From Octopus vulgaris (lineage: Eukaryota), in contig OX597835.1 of assembly GCA_951406725.2 (NCBI GenBank), positions 32,426,001 to 32,490,000 of the forward strand: a stretch of DNA of 64,000 nucleotides. The letters are read 5' to 3'. Both the position numbers and the translations under genes were made by a program. Each line of letters opens with the position of its first letter. Position 1 is the stretch's first letter. Positions 27,594 to 40,066 of the stretch are shown here, one piece after another. The notes beneath the pieces are model-generated. The model had not been told where the DNA came from. It did no database searches and saw only the letters and a program-made list of their open reading frames with translations.

Positions 27594-28218
27594 TGTGTGT
27601 GTTTGTGTGTCTGCGTTTGTCCCCATAGCATTGCTTGACAATCGATGCTGGTGTGGTTATGTTCCCGTTACTTAGCGGTTCGGCAAAAGAGACCGATAGA
27701 ATAAGTACTGGGCTTACAAAAGAATAAGTCCCGGGGTCGAGTTGCTTGATTAAAGGCGGTGCTCCGGCATGGCCACAGTCAAATGACTGAAACAAGTAAA
27801 AGAGTAAAGAGTAACCCCTTCAATCCTGAATGACCATAGGATTGGGCCTAGGAAGTTCCCCTCAAAAGTGTAAGTCCAGGCAAGGTTGTTTATGGAAGAC
27901 CAGCAGTCACCCATGCATATCAGTTTCCTCCTCTCTTGCCACCAATGTTATCCAAGGAAAAAGCAAAGTTCAGCTGTACAAATTAATTGTTATGTCCCTG
28001 GTGCCAAGCTGCATCGAACTCACTTTCTGATTAGTGTAAACCCAAAGCTCCTAACCACTGAGCCTTCTTAACAGAAACAGCTACAAATTAATACAATTCT
28101 AAAGCAGAATATGTTTAATCTTTATTAATCCACTTTAAAAAATGAAAAAAACAAAACTATTTTTGACACCCTGTGTGCAAATTAACCAACTTCAAAACCA
28201 GGGTCTGTTTATATATTA

Positions 28219-28610
28219 CTAGCAGTATCGCCCGGCGTTGCTCGGGTTTGTTTCGAGCCTTTAGAATTGGAATTTTTGAAAAGTAAAAATTTTGCATTAT
28301 GTAGCTTGTTATTCTCTTTAAGTGAACATTTTTCTGGTTGAAATACACTGAAAAATGGCGACACAGCAGTAAAAAAAATCGTAAAAAATAGTGATTTTCA
28401 TAGAAAAAAGCACCTTTTTGATGTAATTATTTTTTGGTGTTAACACGGTCCGATTTGAATTTTTTCTTCTACGGAAGGAAGAGCAAGCTGCCTTCTATCA
28501 TACTTTCAATTTTGGTCAACTTGCACTGCAGGGTCTCAGAGGAGATAGTTTTAGTTGAAGGCTACCAAACCTGCCATATACAGACAACTTCAGCTTTATA
28601 TATTTAGAGA
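28219..28610 (-). mobile_element. Non-autonomous Helitron
   Basis: On the - strand: 5' TCTCTAAATATATAAAGCTGAAG, 3' hairpin CCCGAGCAACGCCGGG then CTAG; inserted between A and T with no TSD. Confidence 0.8.
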
Positions 28611-28637
28611 TTAGGATACAATATATTGTATGATATA

Positions 28638-29908
28638 CGAGGGGCGTTCAATAAGTAATCCCCCTGACCCACTTCCCATAGCAGTAGAGCAACGACACTT
28701 GGCACAGTTATTAGTCTTTTCCTACATAGGAACTACCCAGAGTTATGCATTTCTCCCATCGTTTGATACAGCTCTGGAGACCGTTTTTATAGAAGACCCC
28801 CAGCTTGGTCCTCCAACCTCGACGTGACTTCAGAAATCAAGGCTGCATCATCTGGGAAACGCTTTCCTTTCAAAATCAACTTCATGGCTGGAAAGAGGTG
28901 AAAATCAGAGGGTGGAAGGGGAGGAGTTCATTGTTGCACGCCTGTGCTTCTGATCTGGCGACACGCGAGTTGTGGATCGGAGCGTTGTCCTGCAGGAGGA
29001 GGATGCCTTTGCTGATCTTGTCCCGCCTCTTGATTTTGATAGCTTCTCTTAATTTCCTCAAAAGTGAAGCATAATAGACTCCTGTAATTGTGGCACCCTT
29101 TGCCAGGAAATCTGTCATCACTACTCTGTCCTGGTCCCAGAAGACTGTGAGCATAACCTTGTCAGTGGAGGGCTGCACCCTTGCCTTCTTTGGAGGAGGT
29201 GAGTCACGGTGCTTTCACTGCATTGACTGGGCTTTGGTCTATGGATCATAGTGATGGACCCAGGTTTTATCCTGTGTGATCAGTCTTTTGAAAAATTTTG
29301 ACTCATCTTCTTGGCACATCTCCAAATTCGTCCTCGAGCACTCAACGCGTTCTAGCTTCTGGAAAGGTGTGAGCAACCTGGAAATCCATCTGGCAGACAC
29401 CTTTTGCATATGCAAATGGTCATGAATGATAGTTTCCACAGACCCGGTACTAATCTTGACCTTATGGGCTATTTGGCGAATAGTTATGCGTTGACCTTCC
29501 AAAATGGCAGCCTCAACTTGACGGACAGACGTCTCATCAACGGCAGAAGGGGGAGACCAGATCTGGGAGCTGTTTCCACAGAGTTCCGACTATGTTTGAA
29601 TTCACAATGCCAGCGTTTTACAAGGTCATATGATGGGGCATCATCATCATAAGTTACTTTCATTTCATCAAAAGTCTCCCGTAGTATGCATCCTTTCAAA
29701 TACAAAAACCAGATCACTGCTCGACACTCAACAGGCTCCATTTCACACTTGACTCAGTTCAAACACCTGTAAATCAGAAACCACAATTAGTTCAGAGCTG
29801 TAATTCTCCATTTAATCTATAGAGGTATAAATAAGTGCACATGCAAAATTTCAGCTAGATCAAACAACTGCAAGTGGGTCAGGGGCTTTACTTATTGAAC
29901 GCTCCTCG
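28638..29908 (-). mobile_element. Full-length decayed mariner (Tc1/mariner) transposon, 1271 bp
   Basis: TIRs CGAGGGGCGTTCAATAAGTAA / TTACTTATTGAACGCTCCTCG with TA TSDs. Confidence 0.95.
28711..29741 (-). pseudogene. Mariner transposase pseudogene
   Basis: Fragments MEPVECRAVIWFL, KVSARWISRLL, TQDKTWVHHYDP, KVMLTVFWD, LLQDNAPIH and RWEKCI; frameshifts, stops and a deletion in the YSPDLAP motif. Confidence 0.92.
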
Positions 29909-30786
29909 TAGTACATTATTCCTGTAATTCTGGAAGACAGATAAGAGACCTGATACTGTGTTTATTTTGTTACTTATTTTTCCTACCATGTTGTCCTACC
30001 ATGAAGGAAAGCTTAGGGGACATAACCACACCAGCATCGGTTGTCAAGCAATGCTATGGGGACAAACGCAGACACACAAACACACACACACGCATATATA
30101 TATGCCAAACAAGATTTGAACTTAAAATATAAAGGGGCATAAGTGTACAACAGATATTTTTGTTTGGCATTATCACCAACTTTCCAGTCAACCGACCATA
30201 TACACCCACAACACATACACACATATTTGCATACTGTATATATAAATATATATATCGAACATAGCAAAGAAGTAGAAATAATAATTAGGTGATGTATAAA
30301 GTCCATGTTGTCAGTGAAGAGATTTAACTGAATATTCAAACAAGCAAAACAATTGGGAGTTCAAAGTTCAACTTCAGAATATACAAAATTAAGGAGTATT
30401 TCTCGTAGCAGTAGCAATAGCAGCAGCAGCAGTAGTAGTAGTAGTAGTAGTAGTCCCAGGTCACAAATGATGAAGCAGACTTAAAAAGTGGATGTTCCAG
30501 TCTTGACCATTCAGGCATAGTGCATCTTGGAGTGCATTATCTGGTGTGTCTTTCATTTACTCTTTTACTCTCTTTTACTTGTTTCAGTCATTTGACTGTG
30601 GCCATGCTGGAGCACCACCTTTTTAGTCGAGCAAATCGACCCCAGGACTTATTCTTTGTAAGCCCAGTACTTGTTCTATCGGTCTTTTTTGCCGAACCGC
30701 TAAGTTACGGAGACATGAACACACCAGCATCGGTTGTCAAGCGATGTTGGGGGGACAAACACAGACACACAAACATATACGCATAC

Positions 30787-30817
<31 letters not shown>

Positions 30818-31169
30818 TACGACGGGCTTCTTTCAGTTTCCGTCTACCAAATCCACTCACAAGGCTTTGGTCGGCCCAAGGCTAAAGTAGAAGACACATG
30901 CCCAAGTGCTTTCCTTCTTTTTTTTTTTTGCCAAACCTTAATTAGGGAAGAAATGACAACACTTTCAAAAGGTGTATTCTTTTTTTCCTTTATTCTGTTA
31001 CATGTTTCAGTCATTTGACTGTGGCCATGCTGGAGCACTGCTTTAAAGAAATTGACACCACAACTTAGTCTTTGTAAGCCTAGTACTTATTCTGTTAGTC
31101 TCTTTTGCAGGTACATAAACACACCACTACACAAAGGCACACACATATGAATATATGTCGAGCGTGATC

Positions 31170-31221
<52 letters not shown>

Positions 31222-31224
31222 CAT

Positions 31225-31411
31225 AGTTAATCCAAACATGAAAACACAAGAATGCGAGGACGTGGAACAAGTATAGTGTTATTGGACGCTCAGGAAAAAA
31301 GTAAAGGGTTTAACGTTTCGAGCAGAGCTCTTCGTCAGAAACATAGGAAAAGGAAAGATCCAAAGAAGGGAAGACAGAGGTAAAAAAAATCACCAACGGT
31401 ACACACGTGGT

Positions 31412-31413
<2 letters not shown>
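31225..31413 (-). mobile_element. Hammerhead element family H1 (intact core at 31308-31342)
   Basis: Minus strand gttt-CTGACGA-a gagc tct gctc-GAAA-cg-TT-aaac; minimal palindromic stem III (ACGT); flanked by (TA)n/(CA)n. Confidence 0.8.
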
Positions 31414-31462
<49 letters not shown>

Positions 31463-32210
31463 CATGATCATTACCTGCGTCGCCTTACTTGCACTTGGAT
31501 TGGAGTCGGGTGCAGCCATCTGGTTCACCAGACCTCAGTTAAATCGACCATGCTAGCATGGAAAGCGGGTGTCAAATGATGATAATGATATACAACAAGC
31601 TTCTTTCAGTTTCTGTCTACCAAATCCACTTACAAGGCTTTAGTCTGCCTGAGGATATAGTGGAAGGTGCCACACACTGTGACTGAACCTGGAATCAAGT
31701 GGATGGGAAGCAAGCGTCGTAACCACACAGCCACACCTCTATGAGTTTGTTTTGTACTTTATTTCTTTTTTTTTTCTTTCCTTTTATGTGGAAGTTAGCA
31801 GGTTCAAATATCCGAAACAGTAGCAGGGACTCATGAATCAGGCAACAAATTGAGTCAACCACCAAAAAGAGGGAAACCGGAAGAAGTCTCTCCATTAGGG
31901 TTCTGCACAGTTTCCTCTCTACCAAATTTTTCTTAACAATAAGAGGCATGCATTGCATTCCATCTTGACCCATGCAAACATGAGAAACTGAGCTCTAAAA
32001 CTGTGATACTCTTTTACTTGTTTCAGTCATTTGACTGCGGCCATGCTGGAGCACCGCCTTTAGTTCAGCAAATCGACCCCGGGACTTATTCTTTGTAAGC
32101 CTAGTACTTATTCTATCGGTCTCTTTTGCCGAACTGCTAAGTTATGGGGATGTAAACACACCAGCATCGGTTGTCAAGTGATGTTGGGGGGTACAAACAC
32201 TGACACACAA

Positions 32211-32243
<33 letters not shown>

Positions 32244-33344
32244 CGACAGGCTTCTTTCAGTTTCCATTTACAAATCCACTCACAAGGCTTTGGTCGGCCT
32301 GAGGCTATAGTAGAAGACACTTGCCCAAGGTACCATGCAGTGGGAATGAACCCGGAACTATGTGGTTGGTAAGCGAGCTACTTACCACACAGCCACCCCT
32401 GCGCATACACTAAAGCAATAACGACCCCGTTTGGTCATAAATAACCATGGGATTGCACCTAGAAAGTTACCCTTCGAGGCATAAGTCTGGGCAAGGTTGT
32501 TTATGGAAGACCAGCAGTTGCCCGTGCATACCAGCCTCTCCTCTCCACATCATTGATGGAATCCAAGAGAAGGGCGAAAGTTGATGTAGCTTGACACCAG
32601 CAATGTCACAACTCATTTCTACAGCTGAGTGAACTGGAGAAATGTGAAATAAAGGGTCTTGCTCAAGAGTACAACACACAGTCCGGTCCAGGAATCGAAC
32701 TCACTACTTCATGATCGTGAGTCTGATGCTCTAACCACTGACCTGTGTGCCACATACACTACTGTAACAATAATTCTCTCAATAACTTTACTGTTAGAAA
32801 GCAGTGAGTTGGCAGAATCGTTAGCTCACCGGGCAAAGTGCTTAGCAGTATTTTGTATGTCTTTACGTTCTGAGTTCAAAGGTCAACTTTGCCTTTCATC
32901 TTTTCGGGGTCAATAAATTAAGTACCAATTGTATACTGGGGTTGATCTAATCTTTACTGTTATCTTTGTTTTGTTCTGTATTTCTGGGTCATTTTATTTG
33001 ATTTATTCTAACGCAGAAAGTTAACCAATTATCTAGACAACTTTGGAATATATCTTTCTAAATTGTTTTTTACATAATGACTGCTTTGAAAAGACTGGTA
33101 CACTTCCTTAATCCTATCTCTAGTTTCAAAGTCCTTTGAAAATATTTTATTAAAATATAGGCATGGACATGGCTGTATGGTTAAGAACCTTGCTTTGTAA
33201 CCACATGGTTTTGAGTTCAGTCTAACTGCTTGGCAGTTTGGATGAATATCTTCTGCTATAGTTCTAAGGCCAACCATGCCTTGGCAGTGAAACTTGTAGA
33301 CTGGATAATAGTTGTGCATACATACATACATACATGTACACACT

Positions 33345-33497
33345 CTCTCTCTATTTATTTCCTTGTGTTCTTTATTGTTGAAGAGCATAGGCTCGAAATG
33401 TAAAAGACTTTCTCACCTTCTCGAGTGTCAAACTAATACACCTGCTTGTTGTTTATAGACCTGCCTTTGTCTTTTGTTGTTCTGTAAATTTCAACTA
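33345..33497 (+). mobile_element. Diverged relative of H1 with a degenerate hammerhead
   Basis: ttgttga-a gagc atag gctc-GAAA-tg-TA-aaaga; ends ..TTCAAC(TA)n like the H1 end (..TTAAC(TA)n). Confidence 0.5.
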
Positions 33498-34113
33498 TAT
33501 ATATATATATATATGTTTATATAGTTGAAAGAGAGTAAGATATATATATCTTGATGCAGTTTCTTTCCCATCAGAAAACCTGAAATAAAACCCTGTGTAG
33601 GCCTTAACCAAAATTGCTGTATTTTATTCAAAATCAATGATATACTTCCTGACCACAAAAATGAAATATGCTATGACCTTCGTTCAAATTGAACTTACAG
33701 ATCAACAAATTGATTTTTTTCTATACTGTTACATATGATAGAATATTTTGGCACATTTTAATCACCCTTGTATTGTCGTCGTCATTTTACTGTCCTACTT
33801 TCTGTACATGAAATTTAGCAAGGCAGATTTTCTACTGTCAGATGCCCTAAGTGTCCCCAACCCTTGATTCCGTGTAAGGTAATATTTCTGTATGGCTGGA
33901 CATATTCTTTTACTTCTTTCAGTTATTTGACTGTGGCCATGCTGGAGCACTGCCTTTTTAGTCAAACAAGTTGCCCCCAGAACTTATTCTTTGTAAGCCT
34001 ATTACTTATTCTATCGGTTTCTTTTACCAAATCTCTTAGTTACAGGAATGTAAACACACCAATATCAGTGTCAAGCGATGGTGGTAGGGGATAAACACAC
34101 ACACACACACACA

Positions 34114-34153
<40 letters not shown>

Positions 34154-34155
<2 letters not shown>

Positions 34156-34403
34156 CTGGTGGCATGTGTAAAAAGATTCGAGCGAGGTCGTTGCCAGTAC
34201 CACCTGACTGGCCCCCATGTCAGTGGCACATAAAAAGCACCCACTACGCTCTCAGAGTGGTTGGCATTAGGAAGTGCATGCAGCTGTAGAAAATCTGCCA
34301 AATCAATATTAGAGCCTGGTGCAGCCATCTGGTTCGCCAGACCTAGTCAAAATCGTCCAACCCATGCTAGCATGGAAAGCGGACGTTAAATGATGATGAT
34401 GAT
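34154..34403 (+). mobile_element. Non-autonomous element with RTE-like 3' tail ending (GAT)n (other copies 45312-45810 -, 47546-47990 -, 48200-48893 +, 50195-50340 +, 58730-59092 +)
   Basis: Shared CCAACCCATGCTAGCATGGAAAGCGGACGTTAAAxGATGATGAT tail; internal tandem GTGGCACGTAAAAAGCACC repeats. The RTE link is inference. Confidence 0.7.
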
Positions 34404-34404
34404 A

Positions 34405-34451
<47 letters not shown>

Positions 34452-34778
34452 CAATTTAAAAATAAGATAAAATCTTCATAAGAATTTATCAAATAATCAG
34501 CATGAAAAACCTCATAAGAGAAAAAAATCCACCAATTTTTTCACTTAAATATATTTATTTATATTATATAGATGGCATTATTACACATAAATGCCACACG
34601 CTAGGAGGGACTCTTAAAGTCAAAACTACTAAAATAAATAAAAATATCGTACTGAATGCAACTCTCAAAGCAAGTCATTTAAAAACAGAATTCAGCTGCA
34701 GATCACTGTGATTTCATAATCAGTGCAGTGGTGTGCACTCTTTACTCGTCAGTGCAAGCATAATTCAAGATTTATAAT
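34452..34778 (-). mobile_element. ~330-bp hammerhead-bearing element between (TA)n tracts
   Basis: Unique block bounded by (TA)n on both sides, containing the motif at 34695-34759. Confidence 0.7.
34695..34759 (-). ncRNA. Type I hammerhead ribozyme motif
   Basis: tgca-CTGACGA-gtaa agagtgca cacca ctgcact gattat-GAAA-tcac a gtga-TC-tgca; all three stems pair; AUC triplet. Confidence 0.8.
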
Positions 34779-34797
34779 ATATATATATATATATATA

Positions 34798-35880
34798 CCA
34801 TTATCAATAATAACAAAGGGTGAAATTAATTAATTAAGAAGTAATCAGTAATTTCACCAAGTAGAATTTGGCATGAAAAGGACCATTTCATTGTAAGTTT
34901 AAGTAATACTATATAATTAGGGTTCAGCAACGATTTGCTTCACCACACACCGAAGTTTAGAAATAGCAGTCAAAAAATCTTAGCTATTCCTTCTACTTTA
35001 AAGGGAGTTCCCAGAAAAACCAAAGCACTTGAAAAGAAACCACGCAGGCAAAAGGGAAAAAAATGACGAAAATCATTCTATATTAGGTTACCTACGGATG
35101 CGCGTTTCGGAATTGAGTCAGTATAAAGCATAAATAATAAATAATTATACCTTACCCGACAATTTTCGTCTCTTCAGCGTAGGATTCCTCAATTATACCA
35201 TTTCATGGTAAGTTTAATCAATACTATATAATTAGGGTTCAGCAACGATTTGCTTCACCACACACCAAAGTTTAGAAATAGCAGTCAAAAAATCTTAGCT
35301 ATTCCTTCTACTTTAAAGGTCCTTTTCATGCCGAATTCTACTTGGTGAAATTACTGATTACTTCTTAATTAATTTCACCCTTGTTATTATTGATAATGGT
35401 ATTTTTCTCCCAGAAAAAAACTGTAGCATCTTACTTTGGCAACACGCTGGAGGGCGAGGGAGGATGACTTACTCTCATTCATTTTTTGAATTTGGCGGCA
35501 CTAGCACGGAATATGATCTCTCTGATACCGTTAGGTGAAGTGATGGTTTCCAGTGCCTTCAAATTTAATATGCAATTATTAATAATTGAGGTACAATTAT
35601 TTATAATTGAGGAATCCTACGCTGAAGAGACGAAAATAGTCGGGTAAGGTATAATTATTTATTATTTATGCTTTATACTGACTCAATTCCGAAACGCGCG
35701 TCCGTAGGTAACCTAATATAGAATGATTTTCGTCATTTTTTTCCCTTTTGTCTGCGTGGTTTCTTTTCAAGTGCTTTGGTTTTTCTGGGAACTCCCTTTA
35801 AAGTAGAAGGATTTTTTGACTGCTATTTCTAAACTTTGGTGTGTGGTGAAGCAAATCATTGCTGAACCCTAATTATATAG
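34798..35880. mobile_element. Rearranged foldback element with two inverted hammerhead copies, inserted in (TA)n
   Basis: ~34908-35197 is inverted against ~35602-35882; 34884-35002 is duplicated directly at 35198-35317; 34798-34885 is inverted at 35318-35400. Confidence 0.8.
35616..35708 (+). ncRNA. Type I hammerhead ribozyme motif with expanded stem II (inverted copy at 35091-35183 -)
   Basis: cctacg-CTGAAGA-[62 nt]-GAAA-cgcgc-GTC-cgtagg: perfect 6-bp stem I, GUC triplet, palindromic ACGCGCGT stem III. Confidence 0.75.
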
Positions 35881-36042
35881 TATATATATATATATATATA
35901 TATATAGATCAATAAATTGTGGGGTTGTGTTGACCGCACGTAGAGAAATGATAAGCAAGGAAAAATTGTAAAAATGCAGAATGCTCGATTGAAAGAAAAT
36001 TTTAATGAAATGAGAAAATGAAAAAATATATAAATATATATT

Positions 36043-36084
36043 TATTCAAACCGGTTTTCGTCATAGTTTGACTTATCAAGAATA
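36043..36084 (-). ncRNA. PLE terminal hammerhead motif, U3-A8 core variant
   Basis: tattc-TTGATAA-gtc aaactat gac-GAAA-accggt-TT-gaata. Confidence 0.6.
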
Positions 36085-36719
36085 GTTAGGTGAAAAAGTT
36101 TTTTAAAAATGAGAAAGGGGAAAAAAGTTGCATTGTTTTTTGCAAAAGAATAATAATAAATATGTATAAAAATTAAAAAATAAGTACTCCGATACATTGT
36201 GAGTTCGTTGTGTATCTTGAGTTTAATGATTGTTCACGAAAAAATTACCTTGAGGTATTAGGATCCAATGGGATTAAGGCCATGTGTTGTTTGGTTTAAT
36301 TAAGGATGTTGGCAAAACAGGAAGTAGTAGTAATTGTGGTTCTTCAGTTCCTGTGTTGTGAATAAGGGGAGACAACTCTTTTGAGTTCTTCAATAAAGGC
36401 TGCTGATAAACCCCAAATTATAAAATTGTCATTTTAGCTTCATTTGCATTATCTTTTTTATATAATTGTTTGTTAACTTTCAGATTTTAACACTTTATTT
36501 ATATTATTTTCTAATTATATAAATTTGCATAGACAATTACATTTCAGATTGTTATATCATAAATAATAAAGATGATGGTAATAACAAAAATAGTAAAAAT
36601 GATATTTAAAGAATATAAGTTTTAGCTTGAAGTGATGAATCTATGGAATCCTTATATATTTGTGTGAGTCCATCCATGAAGAATGAGGTAGAAAAGGGAA
36701 GTTTGATCAACAAGGAGTT

Positions 36720-38930
36720 TGTATATTAAGTTGTGTTTAGAATTATTCAATAAAGAGATTCTCCTTGTTAATTCTCTCCTGTGTGGTGATCCCGTCTTTA
36801 CATTGGTAGAAGGGGAATATATAGAATTTGGGGTTTAAGTCTTTAGCGCATGAGTCTATGTGGTCACTCAGTGGAATTTGTCGGTATTCCGGGAGATTTA
36901 TTTGTTCTTTATGCACCGCTACTCGTTTACGTAACGGGAGACTCGTTTGTCCAACATAATTATGTTGGCAACCAGCGCATGTGAGAACGTAGATAAGGTT
37001 CTCGGTGGAACAGGAGAAGTTAGTCTTGATTTTAAACTTCGTACCTTGTTTGAAGGTAAATTCAGAGCCTTCAAGTAGGAGGGGGCAGGTACCACAGTTT
37101 GGGCGTGCACATTTTTTTTACTGCTGGGGGTGGATGTGGTGTGTGAAGTTTGGTATTTGTCAAGAGTTTTTTTAAAGATTTGTGTTGCCTTTTACATTTG
37201 AGGATTTTGTGTGTATTTATGTTTTTCATTTTTGGGTCTGTTGACAGTAGACTGAGGTTTTGTATGATTGTGGTGTATGCTTCGATATTTTGGGGTTGTG
37301 GGTGGAAATGTATGGAAGTATTTTGAGGTTGTGTGTGGTGTTAGGTTGGGTAGTTTTCAGTGTAATGTTATCTAGTTCTTTGGCGCGTTTTATTCCATAC
37401 TCTATAAGGGTGGAGGGATATTGGCGTTGTAGTAGTGTTTTTTTGAGGTCTTGAAGGCGTATTTCTCATGTTTTTGGATCCGAGACAATGGTGCATACCC
37501 TTTTAGCCAAATTGAAAGGGATATTTGTCTTGGTGTGTTTTGGGTGGCATGAACTAAAGAGGAGGTATTGTTGTGAGTCTGTGGGTTTGTGGTAGATGTC
37601 TGTTATGATTTGGTTCTTAGGTGTTTTTATAATTAGGAGATCAAGGAATGGGAGATGATGTTTGCTTAATTCCATAGTGAGTTGGATGTTGGGATGTATG
37701 TTGTTTAGTATGGTTTTGAATTCCAGGAGTTTTTCATAAGGTTCTTTCCATATGATGAAACAATCATCCAAATACCTTTTCCAGTTTTCCTTTAGGTAGG
37801 TGTGGAAAACATGTCCAAATTTCTGGCGTGATATTTCATAGAGTGATAGTTCGAAGAAACCATTATGAGGTTCGCAAGGACTGGTGCAGCCTTGGTACCC
37901 ATCGCAATACCACATTTTTGACGGTAGTGTGTGTCGTCGAAGAGAAAAAAATTGTTGGTCAGAATGAACTTGAGAGATTCTGTAATAAAAGTCTTGTTAA
38001 TGCGGTCAGGGAATGTCTCTGGGTGTTTTTCTAGCCAGAAGTCAATTGCCTCTATACCATATTCATGTGGGATGTTGGTGTAGAGGTTGATGACATCAAA
38101 AGATACCAGGAGCGCCTCCTCGTTAACTGTTTTCGGGAGGTGTTTGAGCATGTCCAGATCATCCCTAATGAAACTTTTGATGTGGGTAAGGAAAGGTTTC
38201 AAAAGGATGTCTAGGAAATTACTCAGGCGGTGTGTTTCACAGGAGGTGCCAGCCACGATGGGCCTTAGTTTTAGGTCCTCCGGTGCTTTGATATTGATGT
38301 GGATGTCAGTGGAGAGTTTGCAGGCTTCGGTGATGTATTTGTTTTTATGGATTTTAGGAAGGCCATAAAAAAGGCTGGGCTTGCATTTGAAATTGGTGAT
38401 ATAATCCCTTTCTTTTTCTGTGAGTCCCTGACCGTGTTGGCGTATGAGTGTGGTGAGGTTTCTGATTGTTTTTTGCTGTTTATAGTTGTTAATAACCTCA
38501 TAGAAAATGTTATTGTTAAGCATGGAAAGCACTAGGTGTTTATAAAATTCCGTGTCCATAAGGACCACAGAGCTCCCTTTATCAGCTTCTTTAATGGTAA
38601 GGTTTTTATCCAGTTGTATGTCACGTAGGTTTTCCCATTCTTCCTTACTGAAATTGGATTTTACCTTGGTTTTGCTTGGGGTAAAGGGGAGACTCTGGAT
38701 GTGTTTGCAAAAATCGTTCAGTGTTTTATTTCTCCCTTTTGATGGTAGGAAGTTGCTTTTATTTCTGATCAATGAATCGTCCCCATTGTTGATATCTGTC
38801 AAGGCTTCTGTTAGACATCATCCTTGACCTCCGGGGGGTTGGGTGTTCTTGGGGTGGGTGTGAATTTCAAACCTCTTGCTAGGATGTTGATTTGGGTTGG
38901 TGTCAGTGTTTTGATGGAGAGGTTTATAAT
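36720..38930 (-). pseudogene. PLE reverse transcriptase / GIY-YIG endonuclease pseudogene
   Basis: INLSIKTLT..ARGLKFTPTP, FYGLPKIHK, LRPIVA, LVSFDVINLYTNIP, YRQKCGIAMG, WKRYLDDCF, LPFLDL, IYHKPT, CARPNCGTC, NLIYVLTCAGCQHNYVGQT; several frameshifts and a deletion near 38810. Confidence 0.93.
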
Positions 38931-40031
38931 TTTTGTTTTCTTATTTTGGGTCTGTGTTAGCGGTGGTGTTTGTATTTTTCCCCTCTGTCTAAAAAATGGT
39001 TGTTGAGGTGAGGGGTGTATTGTCTGTTAAAGTTCTGGTTGTATGTGTAGGAGTGTTTTTGGGTGGGGAGGTTGGAGGGGTGTAGGTAGTTGTAGTATTT
39101 ATGTTGGTATCGGATGCGATGGTGTAAGGTTTTGTGAGAAATGCGATGGGTTTGTGGGTGTGTGTATGGTAGATTGTATGGGGGGATGTAGTTGTGGTGA
39201 TTGGGTTCGTGTGGGATGTGAGGGTTTGGAGATCTGTAGGAAATGTGGTAGGAATGTGGTTGTTGGATGGGTGGACTATAAGGGGTTCGTTGGGTGGGTA
39301 TTATATGTATCGGTGTGGGTAGGATGCCTTGTTTGTTATTAGTGTGAGGGAGGGGAGTATTGAGGGGGGGGGATAATTCCTAGTGTATGGGAGGTTCTTG
39401 ATGGTTCTTGTCGGTGGGGGAGGGGTGTTAGAGTGACTGGAAAACCAGGTTTTGTGGTGGGTCTTGTTTGAGACGTTTCGGGGAGGAAAAGGTTTTTTTA
39501 TATGGTTGGGGGAGGTTGTGTCCTGTTTGGAGAGTATGTGTATTTGAGGTGCAGTTTGGGGTGGTGTTTATGGGGTACAGTGGAAGTCTGTGTTGTGGGT
39601 ACTTTTATGAATGGGTTTTTGGATTTATGGTTTAATATGAATTGTGTTTCATAGTTGAGGAAGAAATCTTTGTTGTTTTCCCAGCGTTTAAGGGAGGTTC
39701 GTTCTTCCTTTTCACATTCATCTTTCCATAGTTTAATAACAAGTTTGAGGGGCTGTTCGTTGGTGTGTGAGGTTAGTTCTAGAAGTATCTCATCATCGAT
39801 TTTTGTGTATTTTTGTTCGTGGTTTTGTGCTCTGAGTTTTAGAAGTTCTACTTCAGTTTTCATTTTTTCCAATGTTAGTTTTTCTCTTAGGGAGCGTTGT
39901 TTTTCAGGCTCGTCTGGGATGTGTTTGATTTGGAATTTTCGGGGTAGTATGATAGGGGAGGAGTTTAACCATTTGTTGTAAATTTCAGCTTTGTTTTGGT
40001 TTTTGAGCATGTTCCAGAAGAGAAGTTTTCT

Positions 40032-40066
<35 letters not shown>

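Larger units (their letters stand above)
35907..40031 (-). mobile_element. Decayed, 5'-truncated Penelope-like element (PLE) inserted in (TA)n
   Basis: RT and GIY-YIG coding remnants, AT-rich 3' region with a hammerhead motif, (TA)n at both ends. Confidence 0.93.

Noticed and set aside
34953-34975. TTTAGAAATAGCA resembles the Cas9 sgRNA scaffold (also at 35270 and 60737)
   Set aside because: Short coincidental match inside a eukaryotic repeat; no repeat-spacer array or cas genes.
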